Virus record (IMG/VR): IMGVR_UViG_3300028591_000082
DNA length: 64,000 nt
DNA from: a virus
Lineage: Duplodnaviria > Caudoviricetes
Direction: 5' to 3' (one strand)
Position numbers and translations under genes: made by a program. Shown here piece by piece: positions 1 to 9,322 of the stretch. The notes below the pieces were generated by a model that did no database searches, was not told where the DNA came from, and worked only from the letters and a program-made list of their open reading frames with translations. Each line of letters opens with the position of its first letter. Position 1 is the first letter of the stretch.

Positions 1-2
1 GT

Positions 3-1649
3 TATCTCTGTGCTTTTTTCCATGATCGGGGCAGGCTCTTCTTCTTTAGAAGTTTCTACTTCAACCAATGGGCTCCTTTCAGCAGGCGGATTAAAAACAA
101 AAATGTTATCTTCTTCAATATCATTTTCAGCCACTTCCTTTTCGGAGATTTTGTCTCCTGCCTGCTTAGCAGTTGCTACTTTCGGCTTTGAAGACCTATC
201 TGTCTTCCGTTTAGTTTTCTTAAATTCTTCCAATGTCTTTGGTATATTATCAATAGACTTGTTCTTTTCTGCTTTTGCATAAAATTCTTCAAGATTGATA
301 ACTCCCTTTGAAAGATATTTACGATTAATTTGATACATTATGCTTTCTATATCTAATTCTTCATCGAAATAATATTTCTCGAAAACTTTTCTAGTAATCA
401 TTGGTTTTGGTGTGAATGCCCATATAAGTAATTCAACTAATAAACCAGAGAAAAGAATAAATGCCATAATCATTATTTCTGTTGATCCGAATGAAGAAGC
501 ATTATTCTTTTTAGAAAGGTTTTCTAATGTTGCTTTAGCTGTGAAAGCATTATCAATTGCTGGTCCGAGTAATACAAAAATCTTTGCAGATTCTCCAACG
601 TCACCAGTATCATTTTCATATGCTGCTTTTAAATCTTTTAATGTAGTTAAAGCCAAACTTGGATTATCTTCATTAAACTCTACAAGCTCCCCACCAACTG
701 ATGCTGGCCAGTAAAATCTTCCCTGCAGATTTCTAATAGCTGTTGTCATTGCATCTTTTGTTTGTGTGTCCAAAAGAATTAAATCATCTTTGGAAGTATT
801 TTTGTTTAAAGCTTCAATTTCATTTTTGATTTGTTGTGCAAGTACAGCTTCAGATGTTATATTTCTAATTTGATTAATAGAAAGATTTCTACCTTTAGCC
901 TTTACTTGACTTACAACCAAAGAGTTTTGTTCATCCCAATAATTAGTTGGTATTATTGTTTGTCCTTTATAAACAACCTCTTCGTTTGAAGAAAAGTTTG
1001 CACCAAACTCAGCTTCAAATTCTGCTCTATTCTCTCTATAAGCCTCTATAATAGGCCAGATCTTTGCAGCATCTTCCTGTGCCTTAATTGTAGAGTTTGT
1101 CCCCACACTTACAGAAGAATAAATAATTTCTCGCTGTTTTGATTGTCCAATAGAATTAGCATTAATAAGTTCTGCTAATGCAGTTATTTCTTCATTTGCT
1201 TTCTTAATTTCATTTTGATTTTTTCTTATACCATCACCAACTGATACTACAGATAAGCTCATGGCAGTCAAAAGTGAAATTGACATACAAAGTAAATGAA
1301 GTGTTTTCCAAAATCTTCTTGGTTTACGTAACTGTTTCCAGCAATCTTTTTTGATTGATTTAAGATGTGATGTGAGTTCGTCAATTTGAGAAACACGCAT
1401 TGCACACCAAGCCTTACCAAAAATAATTACTACAGACATTAATCCAAGAACTAATCCTGCTGGTATAACTTTAAATCCAAATAATGAGTATAATGTTACT
1501 GATAATCCAGAAAAGAATACAAGATCAATAAAACCAGACTCGCCACTGGCAATAAGGAACGTTCTTAATTCCCCTTTGTCTTGTACTGTATCATCTTTTA
1601 AAATTTTTTTTCTTGATTCTATCTTTTCTATAAATTTGAACTTTTTCAT
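3..1649 (-). CDS. Multi-pass membrane protein with large soluble domain (3' end runs off window)
   Basis: ATG at 1649, open to the window edge (absent from ORF track). Manual translation MKKFKFIEKIESRKK... shows hydrophobic segments (LVFFSGLSVTLYSLFGF, GLVLGLMSVVIIFG, LLCMSISLLTAMSLSVVSV, IMIMAFILFSGLLVELLM) and coiled-coil-like stretches. Confidence 0.7.
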   Translation of the reverse strand, partial: MKKFKFIEKIESRKKILKDDTVQDKGELRTFLIASGESGFIDLVFFSGLSVTLYSLFGFKVIPAGLVLGLMSVVIIFGKAWCAMRVSQIDELTSHLKSIKKDCWKQLRKPRRFWKTLHLLCMSISLLTAMSLSVVSVGDGIRKNQNEIKKANEEITALAELINANSIGQSKQREIIYSSVSVGTNSTIKAQEDAAKIWPIIEAYRENRAEFEAEFGANFSSNEEVVYKGQTIIPTNYWDEQNSLVVSQVKAKGRNLSINQIRNITSEAVLAQQIKNEIEALNKNTSKDDLILLDTQTKDAMTTAIRNLQGRFYWPASVGGELVEFNEDNPSLALTTLKDLKAAYENDTGDVGESAKIFVLLGPAIDNAFTAKATLENLSKKNNASSFGSTEIMIMAFILFSGLLVELLIWAFTPKPMITRKVFEKYYFDEELDIESIMYQINRKYLSKGVINLEEFYAKAEKNKSIDNIPKTLEEFKKTKRKTDRSSKPKVATAKQAGDKISEKEVAENDIEEDNIFVFNPPAERSPLVEVETSKEEEPAPIMEKSTEI

Positions 1650-1655
1650 TTTAAC

Positions 1656-1925
1656 CTACATTAATCGCCTTTCATAGGCTTCAATTATTTCTTCTTTTGT
1701 TGCTTGATAATCTAGACTATGTCTTAAATCAAGTGTCATAAATGTTGAAATAACCTTAACCTTATCTTTTAGACAATGTATAAAGTAATCATCTTTTGAT
1801 TGTGGTTCAGTATAGATTTTATGCGTTGTCCCATTATACACAAAATCTATATTACCACTTTTAAAATCCTCTTCAGTTGGTTTATCTATAAATTCAAAAT
1901 CAGTCTTCCTTGTCGACGTTTGCAT
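1656..1925 (-). CDS. Hypothetical protein
   Basis: Within ORF 1656..2006; likely start MQTSTRK at 1925 behind a GAGGA SD. Confidence 0.55.
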   Translation of the reverse strand: MQTSTRKTDFEFIDKPTEEDFKSGNIDFVYNGTTHKIYTEPQSKDDYFIHCLKDKVKVISTFMTLDLRHSLDYQATKEEIIEAYERRLM

Positions 1926-2148
1926 AGATACCATCCTCATCGAATATTCCAAGATAGTCACATAATGTACAGAACCTACTAATTGTTTTACCAACCAAAA
2001 GACCAATTTGTGTCATCTTTTCTTCTTTCTGCTCTTGCAGAGAATAATTAGTACAGATTTCTTCAAGCAAATTTAAACTATCTGAAATATTTTGAGCGGC
2101 TTCCCTTACCCTCATTCTTCTTGCAACTTCTTCATTAGATACTCTCAT
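1900..2148 (-). CDS. Hypothetical protein
   Basis: 82 aa ORF, GGAG SD, tightly packed in minus-strand operon. Confidence 0.55.
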   Translation of the reverse strand: MRVSNEEVARRMRVREAAQNISDSLNLLEEICTNYSLQEQKEEKMTQIGLLVGKTISRFCTLCDYLGIFDEDGIYANVDKED

Positions 2149-2150
2149 TA

Positions 2151-2615
2151 TTAACTCCTTTTTGACATAAAGTTTTTGCTACTATCAATTTTCTTATTTC
2201 CAAAAAATTTAAACTTTATATTATTTTTGTATAACTCTATAATTTCTTTTTTTGGAAGAGATTTTAAGTTCCTATCACCATCTTTAAAGAAAGTAATATT
2301 CTCTCCTTTATGATTTTTAGCTACTTCTTTCAATTTTTTTGCTACTGTTTTTTTGTCATTAACCAAAATAATATATTGTATTAATCTTCCTTTATTGCCA
2401 TTGATATAATCACATATCATTTCTGCTACTTCATTGCTTGATGAATGATTATAGTTTGGATATTTTTTATCCAACATTTCATCACTCTGTATTATTACAT
2501 AAAGAATATCACTTTTTTTAATTGCTGAGTTTATATATTCTTTATGCCCATCGTGCAATACTTTTCCTGCAAAATATCCACTTATTATTCCTATTCTAAC
2601 TTCTCTTCCTATCAT
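2151..2615 (-). CDS. Cytidylyltransferase-like (HIGH-family nucleotidyltransferase)
   Basis: GIISGYF...VLHDGH (HxGH) motif, LYVIIQSD, GDR and C-terminal SS as in TagD/RfaE-II/FAD synthase-like proteins. Confidence 0.75.
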   Translation of the reverse strand: MIGREVRIGIISGYFAGKVLHDGHKEYINSAIKKSDILYVIIQSDEMLDKKYPNYNHSSSNEVAEMICDYINGNKGRLIQYIILVNDKKTVAKKLKEVAKNHKGENITFFKDGDRNLKSLPKKEIIELYKNNIKFKFFGNKKIDSSKNFMSKRS

Positions 2616-2817
2616 TAATTTCTCCAATCAATAAATAAAAAAATATAAATGCAAGTAACAAAACAATAAGTAAAAAACTAATCCACAAAGGACTAAGTAC
2701 CCATATCCAAGACCAAGATATTTTACCAATTAATTTTAATACTATAAAAACAATAGTAAGTAATCCAGTAAAACCTATTCCTCCACTTGCACTTGCTGTT
2801 GCTTTACTATCACTCAT
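2596..2817 (-). CDS. Small two-TM phage membrane protein
   Basis: GGIGFTGLLTIVFIVLKLIGKISWSWIWVLSPLWI, a common phage membrane family; ATGA overlap with helicase stop. Confidence 0.75.
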   Translation of the reverse strand: MSDSKATASASGGIGFTGLLTIVFIVLKLIGKISWSWIWVLSPLWISFLLIVLLLAFIFFYLLIGEINDRKRS

Positions 2818-4169
2818 TTTCTTTCTCCTATCTTTTCTTTTAGAGACATATAACTCCAATCAATTTCGAAATCAACACTTCTACCAGTGTCTCCATTTCT
2901 ATTCTTTCCAACAACAATTCTATATTCACCTTTCTTAGAATCATCTTTGTTATATTTCTGCTGTTCTGTTTGAACAATACCAACAATATAATCACAAGTA
3001 TCAACAATTGCTTTTGATTCAGATATCTGTGATGTACTTATTGTTGCCTTAGATCCTCCACCTTTTTCACTCATAGCACCTCTGTTAAGCTGACATGCTG
3101 TGAATACTGGACAGCTAAATTCAAATGCTATATTTCTCATTTCTTCAGATACAGCTTTATAATAAGTATAAGGATTTTCTCTAGAAAGTCTTCCATCATT
3201 TGATGCTGTAATAAGCATATAATCTATTACAATTACATCAGGCACCCAACCTCTTGATGCTTTAAGATCTTTCAAAAGAGTTGTTATATCATTAGAACAT
3301 ACTGTGTGTGCTCCAAAATTCTTTATAAGAATATCACCAGTTCCATTTGGATTCATAAGATGAAGTTGTTCATCAACTTCTTTCGCATCTATGTCCATAA
3401 GTTCCAAACCAGTTTTATGAAGCATATTCTGGTAAAGACGAACTGCTAATCTTCTCTTATCTACTTCCAAAGAAGCAAAGAAAACTTTTTTACCTTCAAG
3501 AAAATTCTTAACTGCAACATTACCAAGCCATAGTGTCTTTCCAACTCCTGGCACACCTAAGAAGCAACATAGTTCTCCACCATTTGCCTTACCTAGAATT
3601 TTATCTAGCCCAGCTGAGCCCCAAGTTATACTTCCTTGTTCATCACCAAGAGTTTTGATGTTTGCAATTGTCTCTTGTGCATTATTAAGAGACATACCAT
3701 AATCTTTATCAAGATTAACAGAAACAGCTTCTTCCATTCTTTTAGAAAGTGAATCAAAGTTTCCATTAATAATATCCTGCTGGTTAAGCATTGTTGCTTC
3801 TACAGCTCTAGTTGTCTGTATAAATTTAACAGTTCTTTCTTGAAGATATTGTTCTGATACTGCACCTTTTGGTATTGCAAGCAATTCATCAAGTTTATCA
3901 TGGATTGCTTTATTAAGTACTTCATCATCTTTAATTACTCTATTGGTAATTAAATGAAGCGCCTGTGTGGTAACAGGCGTTTTATAATTTTCTTGATACT
4001 TTATTGCTGTATTAAGTATGAATTGAATTTTAGGATCTTGAAAATATTGTTTCTTTGTCCAGTCTTTTGTTACTAAATATTTTGATACTTTTAGAAAAAA
4101 TAACTGATCTTGTAGCAAATAAGAAGCGATATATTTCTCTTCTTCTTTGTCATCAAATTTTAACTCCAT
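2814..4169 (-). CDS. DnaB-family replicative helicase (T4 gp41-like)
   Basis: Walker A GVPGVGKT, FASLE, VIVIDY, TACQLNR, KNRNG motifs. Confidence 0.92.
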   Translation of the reverse strand: MELKFDDKEEEKYIASYLLQDQLFFLKVSKYLVTKDWTKKQYFQDPKIQFILNTAIKYQENYKTPVTTQALHLITNRVIKDDEVLNKAIHDKLDELLAIPKGAVSEQYLQERTVKFIQTTRAVEATMLNQQDIINGNFDSLSKRMEEAVSVNLDKDYGMSLNNAQETIANIKTLGDEQGSITWGSAGLDKILGKANGGELCCFLGVPGVGKTLWLGNVAVKNFLEGKKVFFASLEVDKRRLAVRLYQNMLHKTGLELMDIDAKEVDEQLHLMNPNGTGDILIKNFGAHTVCSNDITTLLKDLKASRGWVPDVIVIDYMLITASNDGRLSRENPYTYYKAVSEEMRNIAFEFSCPVFTACQLNRGAMSEKGGGSKATISTSQISESKAIVDTCDYIVGIVQTEQQKYNKDDSKKGEYRIVVGKNRNGDTGRSVDFEIDWSYMSLKEKIGERK

Positions 4170-4191
4170 TTTCCGTTCCTTAATTATTTAT

Positions 4192-4219
4192 ATTATATCA
4201 GATTTTTATGTTTTGTCAA
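4192..4219 (-). promoter_or_regulatory. Sigma70-type promoter for helicase operon
   Basis: TTGACA-16 nt-TATAAT with TGn extended -10. Confidence 0.8.
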
Positions 4220-4784
4220 TAATAAAAAAATATTCATCTGGAAGCTTTAGTAAATCATCAAACCAATAACAAGCCCTTCCATTATGGAAGAAAATTGGCA
4301 TAGGTACATCTGTGCCTGGTTTTGGTATATCATTAACTGGTATAAAAACTATCCTTTTATGATTATTTATTTTAACAACAAGCATTGGTATTTTACCAAC
4401 GTTCCTGGCATCTGTTTCTGATTGTTCATACCAATGATATAAGTCAGATTTTAAATTAAACAGCCACCAAAAGTCAAATTCGGCATATGCCTTGTGTTCA
4501 ATTGTAAACTTAAAGTTTTTTGGTACTCTAATATCTCCAGAGAATACAAGCCTTTGTTCTTCAGTAAGTGCTTCTGCTCTTGATTGATTAACTCCACCAG
4601 TATATGCACCACTTTGTACTGAACGAGCAAATGTATATCCTTGAAATCTTTCATTAAGTATATGAACTAAATCAAGTTCCGCAGAAGAACCTTTACGTTT
4701 ACTATTTATGCTCTTCTTTCTTAATTTTGGTTTTGTTTTAATTTTTGTTTCTACTTCTGATAAAAATTCTTCTTCTATGTTCAT
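4206..4784 (-). CDS. Holliday junction resolvase, Hjc-like PD-(D/E)xK
   Basis: NSKRKGSSAE, GDI, IEHK, W..Q motifs; start at 4784 from ATGA overlap. Confidence 0.75.
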   Translation of the reverse strand: MNIEEEFLSEVETKIKTKPKLRKKSINSKRKGSSAELDLVHILNERFQGYTFARSVQSGAYTGGVNQSRAEALTEEQRLVFSGDIRVPKNFKFTIEHKAYAEFDFWWLFNLKSDLYHWYEQSETDARNVGKIPMLVVKINNHKRIVFIPVNDIPKPGTDVPMPIFFHNGRACYWFDDLLKLPDEYFFIIDKT

Positions 4785-5038
4785 ATTCTTAACCTCATTC
4801 CTGGCTGCCAAGTTTCTCCATTGACTTTAAAATCAGTCACGTCTGGCAAAATTGAATATGTTGTACTACCTTTATTCTTTTCTACTTCATAAACAAAGCA
4901 GCCTGTTAAATTTAAATCAAAAGCATAATCAGATTTTTTTACAAAGCCATCTCTTAGTGCTTTTAAAGTTTTCATTCTACTTTCTTCAAATGCTTCGCGA
5001 AGTATATCGTTATTATCAAGTTCTACCGTTATTTTCAT
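4781..5038 (-). CDS. Hypothetical protein (C-terminal LRI tag)
   Basis: 85 aa ORF with overlapping start/stop junctions. Confidence 0.6.
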   Translation of the reverse strand: MKITVELDNNDILREAFEESRMKTLKALRDGFVKKSDYAFDLNLTGCFVYEVEKNKGSTTYSILPDVTDFKVNGETWQPGMRLRI

Positions 5039-5229
5039 TTTTCTTCCTTTATTTTTGTTTCAAGTATCACTTCTTTCCAGCCACCTAAATCCATTGATAT
5101 AAACTTGTTAAGCTCTTCTGATGTATAGTTTTCAAGAAGTTCCCAATCTGTTATTGGTGTGATTATTTCAGTTTCTCCATGACCTCCACCAATTTCTTTT
5201 ATTGAATATCTGTAATATGCTCTTTTCAT
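5035..5229 (-). CDS. Hypothetical protein
   Basis: 64 aa ORF with ATGA overlaps on both sides. Confidence 0.55.
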   Translation of the reverse strand: MKRAYYRYSIKEIGGGHGETEIITPITDWELLENYTSEELNKFISMDLGGWKEVILETKIKEEK

Positions 5230-5735
5230 TCTTTGTCAAGTTCCTCTATTATTAAATCCTTTGGTAAAAAATTCCAACAATAATATGCACTACTAAATGT
5301 TATACCTTTATCTTCTGGAGCATTATCAAACTCCATTCTTTTGTCAAACATAAGAAGCTGCAAACCTTTATCTTTAAAAAGTAAAGCTGGCGCTCTATCT
5401 GAAAGCCATGTTAATGTCATTATCAATGCGAATGGTTTATTAAATGACAAAGCTCTCTCAAAGAATAATCTTTTATTTTTGAAAGGTGGGTTGCTTATAA
5501 TACAGTCCCAAGGTTCATCTGGCTCCCACTCAAAAAAGTTTTGACCAGTATCTATATGTGAATAGATTACTTTATTAGTTCTTGATATAAGTCTAACAAA
5601 AGCACTATCTTCTTTATCAAATGGACACCATACAACCCAATCTTCTGGTATATATTTAAGAATAGGCTCTACTGCGTATTCTTTTGTGTACCTTTCATCA
5701 TCTGATTTTCCATATAAAATATCATTACTTTTCAT
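5226..5735 (-). CDS. DNA N6-adenine methyltransferase (small phage type)
   Basis: DERYT, VWCPFD and ISNPPF (NPPY/F catalytic motif). Confidence 0.8.
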   Translation of the reverse strand: MKSNDILYGKSDDERYTKEYAVEPILKYIPEDWVVWCPFDKEDSAFVRLISRTNKVIYSHIDTGQNFFEWEPDEPWDCIISNPPFKNKRLFFERALSFNKPFALIMTLTWLSDRAPALLFKDKGLQLLMFDKRMEFDNAPEDKGITFSSAYYCWNFLPKDLIIEELDKE

Positions 5736-5739
5736 ATTT

Positions 5740-5883
5740 TTATTTTACCTTATTTTTTTTAGTTGTCAATTTTTTCTTTTCTTCTTCTTTTTCTGTATAA
5801 GAAGGTGGAATTGCTGGCACGGAATTTTCATTCATCTTTTCCAATTCCTCCATTGATTTTAAAGTTTCCTCTATTAAATCCAT
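5740..5883 (-). CDS. Small hypothetical protein (47 aa)
   Basis: MDLIEETLKSMEELEK..., AGGAG SD, TTGACA upstream at 5925-5930; below ORF-track cutoff. Confidence 0.45.
   Translation of the reverse strand: MDLIEETLKSMEELEKMNENSVPAIPPSYTEKEEEKKKLTTKKNKVK
5742..5769 (-). promoter_or_regulatory. Sigma70-type promoter, probably leaderless
   Basis: TTGACA-16-TAAAAT, -10 ends 6 nt before ATG 5735, no SD. Confidence 0.65.
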
Positions 5884-5939
5884 AGAAATTCTCCTATATT
5901 AAAAATAACATAGTCTAACTTAAATGTCAAGATAAATTT

Positions 5940-6185
5940 GTGAAAACTATACTAAAAAAGAAATTAGACAATCTCGATGTTTACTTAAACAAAGGAAACA
6001 CAATTGTTTTAGGTGAGGAATATTTTTTTTCTGGAAAGTTTTATAAAACTGAAGATGGTGGGTTACAATTAGATAACTGCCTCAATAATGAATTAAGTGA
6101 GGCAGTTAAATATTTGAGTAAGAAGGGAATAAATATTGAAATAATATCTGGACCGCCGTTAAGATATATTTTTGTTAAAAGCTGA
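5940..6185 (+). CDS. Hypothetical protein
   Basis: GTG start 4 nt after AAGATAA motif. Confidence 0.55.
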   Translation: MKTILKKKLDNLDVYLNKGNTIVLGEEYFFSGKFYKTEDGGLQLDNCLNNELSEAVKYLSKKGINIEIISGPPLRYIFVKS

Positions 6186-7164
6186 TTTTATCTATCCAAG
6201 ACTTATCAAACTTTGTAGGTTTATACAAAGTACATTCTTTTTTTAATATAAAATTTTTACCAGTTTTAACCTTAAGCTCATTTAAATCTTTTATTGTGTT
6301 TGGTAAATCATATAAATATATTGGTTTGTCATAACCATACATTATAAGTTTTGATATATTATTCTTTAATGTCCTGGCACCAGTTTCATCATTATCTCTT
6401 GCATATATAATATAACTAGGTTTCTTTTTTACAATTTTCTCTATTTGTTTTACTCCAAGATCACCAGAGCACATACAAGTTGCTGCTTGTTCATCCATAC
6501 TCATAGCATCAAATACTCCCTCACAAATTATGAGTTCGTCATTTATATCATCTATATTAAACACATATTCTTTTGTATCAATCCCAGTTGGATTTATATA
6601 TCTGAATTTTGCGTCTTTCTCTAAGCTCCTGGCTTGGAAATATACAAACTCTCCATTTTCAAAATATGGTATTATTACTCTTTTATCATATCTTGAATCA
6701 TCATTAAATACATACATCATTTTATCTATATATCTATCTGATATTTTTCTTTTCTCAAGATAACCTCTAACGATATTACAAAACGTTCCTTTATTACCAG
6801 CTATTTTCTGAGGCTTATCTTCTTTCAAAAATGTTTCTATAACATTTCCTTTTGGTTTACTTTCTTCTATTACTTTTTTTTGAGTTGCACTTCCATAATT
6901 TAAAATTATATATTCAATAACTGCTCTTGTTGAATCTATATTTAGATATTCTTTTATAAATTTTATAACAGAACCAGAACTCTCATCAAGACCAGAAACT
7001 TTATAATCACAATATACACCTTTATCAAGGTTTATATAACAATGATATTTTGAGTCTTGTTTAAATATTGAATTGATTCTTATTTCTTTTGGGTCAGATG
7101 TTCTCTTTATAGTAAACTCTGACTCAAAAAAATTTAAGAGAAGTTCTGCTGGTATTTTATACAC
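6175..7164 (-). CDS. DNA primase (T4 gp61-like, TOPRIM)
   Basis: RVIIPYF, FQARSL, ICEGVFDAMS, DND motifs. Confidence 0.88.
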   Translation of the reverse strand: MYKIPAELLLNFFESEFTIKRTSDPKEIRINSIFKQDSKYHCYINLDKGVYCDYKVSGLDESSGSVIKFIKEYLNIDSTRAVIEYIILNYGSATQKKVIEESKPKGNVIETFLKEDKPQKIAGNKGTFCNIVRGYLEKRKISDRYIDKMMYVFNDDSRYDKRVIIPYFENGEFVYFQARSLEKDAKFRYINPTGIDTKEYVFNIDDINDELIICEGVFDAMSMDEQAATCMCSGDLGVKQIEKIVKKKPSYIIYARDNDETGARTLKNNISKLIMYGYDKPIYLYDLPNTIKDLNELKVKTGKNFILKKECTLYKPTKFDKSWIDKISF

Positions 7165-7173
7165 TTTTTACCT

Positions 7174-7605
7174 CTATGTGATTATTTCTTCTATACTTTT
7201 AAATACTTTGCAGTTTCTAATTCCTGCTAAATCATAATGTTTATTTTTTTCTTTACAATAAAGAAAGTTTCCCTGTTTTTCGCATTTTTCACAATACTTA
7301 CAACCATTGAATGGTGGAAGATAGAAGTTTAAATTTACTATCTTTGGTTTCTTTATTTTTTCTGTTTTGTAGATTACTTCTATGTATTCTTTCTCATCTA
7401 TTCTTTCAACAAAATTTTCTACAAATTCATCTCTGATTAGTTTTTCTATTTTTCTTTTTAAAAGATATCTTGCATCATAGGCATATGTCAGATATTTTTT
7501 ATTTGTTACGTTAAATTCAAATATTTGATGTAATTCATCACCATTTTTTTTATACTTGATATTAACATAAAAATCTATTTGCCTTGCAATTTTAATATCT
7601 GACAT
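7174..7605 (-). CDS. Hypothetical protein with C-terminal Cys cluster
   Basis: CKYCEKC...C...C; GAGG SD. Confidence 0.6.
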   Translation of the reverse strand: MSDIKIARQIDFYVNIKYKKNGDELHQIFEFNVTNKKYLTYAYDARYLLKRKIEKLIRDEFVENFVERIDEKEYIEVIYKTEKIKKPKIVNLNFYLPPFNGCKYCEKCEKQGNFLYCKEKNKHYDLAGIRNCKVFKSIEEIIT

Positions 7606-7761
7606 ATTTATTTTATTCCTCTTTCGCTATACTTGCAACTTCATTTTGATAATCATTATCATATTTACTAAGAAGCGAGTACATTTTTGAAAGTAATTCA
7701 ATTATTATTTTTTGATTACTTATCAGTTCATCCATTTTAATTGATATTAGCTCATCTCCCA

Positions 7762-8016
7762 TTAAATCCTACCTTGAACCTGGTCAACAAGAGTTGAAAT
7801 TGCGTCCGTTTCGGATTCACCTTTATCATACTTTTCTTTCATTATTTTAAGCATCTTACCAGCTTCTCTTTTACCACCCTCAATTACTTTAGCAACTTCT
7901 TCTTTTACTATACTTTCTTCATCTTTAAGATTTGTTTTTCTATCATTAATTTCCAAATACTTTTCAAAAGAAATTTTTATCTGGCTAATATCATCTTCGT
8001 TAAGACTGTCCTTCAT
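7762..8016 (-). CDS. Small helical DNA-binding protein (DsbA/GapR-like, tentative)
   Basis: 84 aa all-helical charge pattern and size resemble T4 DsbA/DUF2312; lies in replication cluster. Confidence 0.4.
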   Translation of the reverse strand: MKDSLNEDDISQIKISFEKYLEINDRKTNLKDEESIVKEEVAKVIEGGKREAGKMLKIMKEKYDKGESETDAISTLVDQVQGRI

Positions 8017-8311
8017 TTGTTTCCTCCTTTACTTCTGTAACTCCTGCTGCTGCAGCTTTTCTTTCTTCCATTTTAGATTTCAAGAAATTCATATATTTTT
8101 CAGCCATATCCTTTGTAATTCTTTTACCATCCTCTGAACTATACGCTTCACCTTTCATAAGTTTTTTTAGAGGATTATAATATTGAATAGAAACATTCCC
8201 ACTTTCATCTCTTTTTGAATATGGTTCTGGAGAAGCATCTTTTAGCATTTCGTTTATTGCTTTTCTTGCTCTTGCAGAATACATCTTTTTCATTCTACTT
8301 TTTCTTCCCAT
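8000..8311 (-). CDS. Hypothetical basic protein
   Basis: 103 aa ORF, AGGAG SD. Confidence 0.6.
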   Translation of the reverse strand: MGRKSRMKKMYSARARKAINEMLKDASPEPYSKRDESGNVSIQYYNPLKKLMKGEAYSSEDGKRITKDMAEKYMNFLKSKMEERKAAAAGVTEVKEETNEGQS

Positions 8312-9156
8312 TTTATCTCCTGGTCCTTAATTACTTTTTTAAAAATTTCATAATTAGGATTTTCTTTATCTCTACAATAAACTGGGAAGACAATATTGTC
8401 AAATAAATAGCCATATTTTGCTATAATATCACTATATGCTTTTGCAACAACTTCTGGATTATTCCAGAATGCACCACAACCAAATGCTCCAAGAACAAGA
8501 GTATCTACTTTGTGAGCAGCAGCTACTTCAAAAATTCTTGTTGCTCTTTTAAAATGTATTTTGTATAATTCTTCATCAGAAATTAATGTTGGCTTACCAG
8601 TTTCATCAAGATTGTTTCTTGTTGCTGGTACAGCCCTTAGATTTGGAGCAGCACAGGTAATTACATCTGTAAGTTTCCATTCTGACTTTGGAAGAATTTT
8701 AAAATATTCATTTCTAAATATACATACTTTTGGTGTATAAATTATATCATCATTGTGCAATACATCTTTTGCTTTTATGTGAGGGTCATAGAATTTTTCA
8801 TGTGCTTCATCTATTGATAATGAAGCATAAAGAGTTGATGTCCTACATACACCTTCCTCCTGTGCAGTGCTACCTTTAAGTACTCCTCCTCCAGGGTTAG
8901 TTGCTGATGCGAAATTCAAAAGAGCAACCTTACCTTCGCATCTTGCAGCACATTCTGTACTCTTTTCTTTAGTTATTTCAACTTTTGTTACTTTTCTTTT
9001 TTTAAATGCTGACCAATTATATTCTTCTCTTCCTTCAAGAATATATTCCTGCTTCTTCTTCTGATTTTCAACTACTTGTTTTAATATTTTATCAGATTCG
9101 AATAATTCTATATTCTCCTGTATTACTTCTATATTTTTTTCTCTTTGATTTATCAT
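8290..9156 (-). CDS. Bacterial PARG-type macrodomain (TIGR02452/DUF2263-like ADP-ribose glycohydrolase)
   Basis: LNFASATNPGGG-x6-QEE-x2-CR and LVLGAFGCGAF signatures. Confidence 0.88.
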   Translation of the reverse strand: MINQREKNIEVIQENIELFESDKILKQVVENQKKKQEYILEGREEYNWSAFKKRKVTKVEITKEKSTECAARCEGKVALLNFASATNPGGGVLKGSTAQEEGVCRTSTLYASLSIDEAHEKFYDPHIKAKDVLHNDDIIYTPKVCIFRNEYFKILPKSEWKLTDVITCAAPNLRAVPATRNNLDETGKPTLISDEELYKIHFKRATRIFEVAAAHKVDTLVLGAFGCGAFWNNPEVVAKAYSDIIAKYGYLFDNIVFPVYCRDKENPNYEIFKKVIKDQEIKWEEKVE

Positions 9157-9322
9157 ATGTTTTCTCCATTGATTCTGTTAGCCAATTCCAAGCTTCTTCG
9201 TAACCATAATCTCTATTATCAAGTTCTACATAAGAAAGTTGCCCTCTTCTAGCATTTATTTCTGTTTCTACAGAAGCTCTCATTATTTGAGAATATAAAT
9301 CATAAACTTCATCATCATCCAT
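9092..9322 (-). CDS. Hypothetical protein (C-terminal IRI tag)
   Basis: 76 aa ORF, GGAG SD. Confidence 0.55.
   Translation of the reverse strand: MDDDEVYDLYSQIMRASVETEINARRGQLSYVELDNRDYGYEEAWNWLTESMEKTYDKSKRKKYRSNTGEYRIIRI

Noticed and set aside
10-714. Plus-strand ORFs 10..282 and 412..714, and similar antisense ORFs throughout the track
   Set aside because: Antisense shadows of longer genes on the opposite strand, with atypical composition and no RBS.
1900-2006. Programmed frameshift joining 1900..2148 and 1656..2006
   Set aside because: A GAGGA SD and ATG at 1925 explain the downstream gene as an ordinary short overlap.
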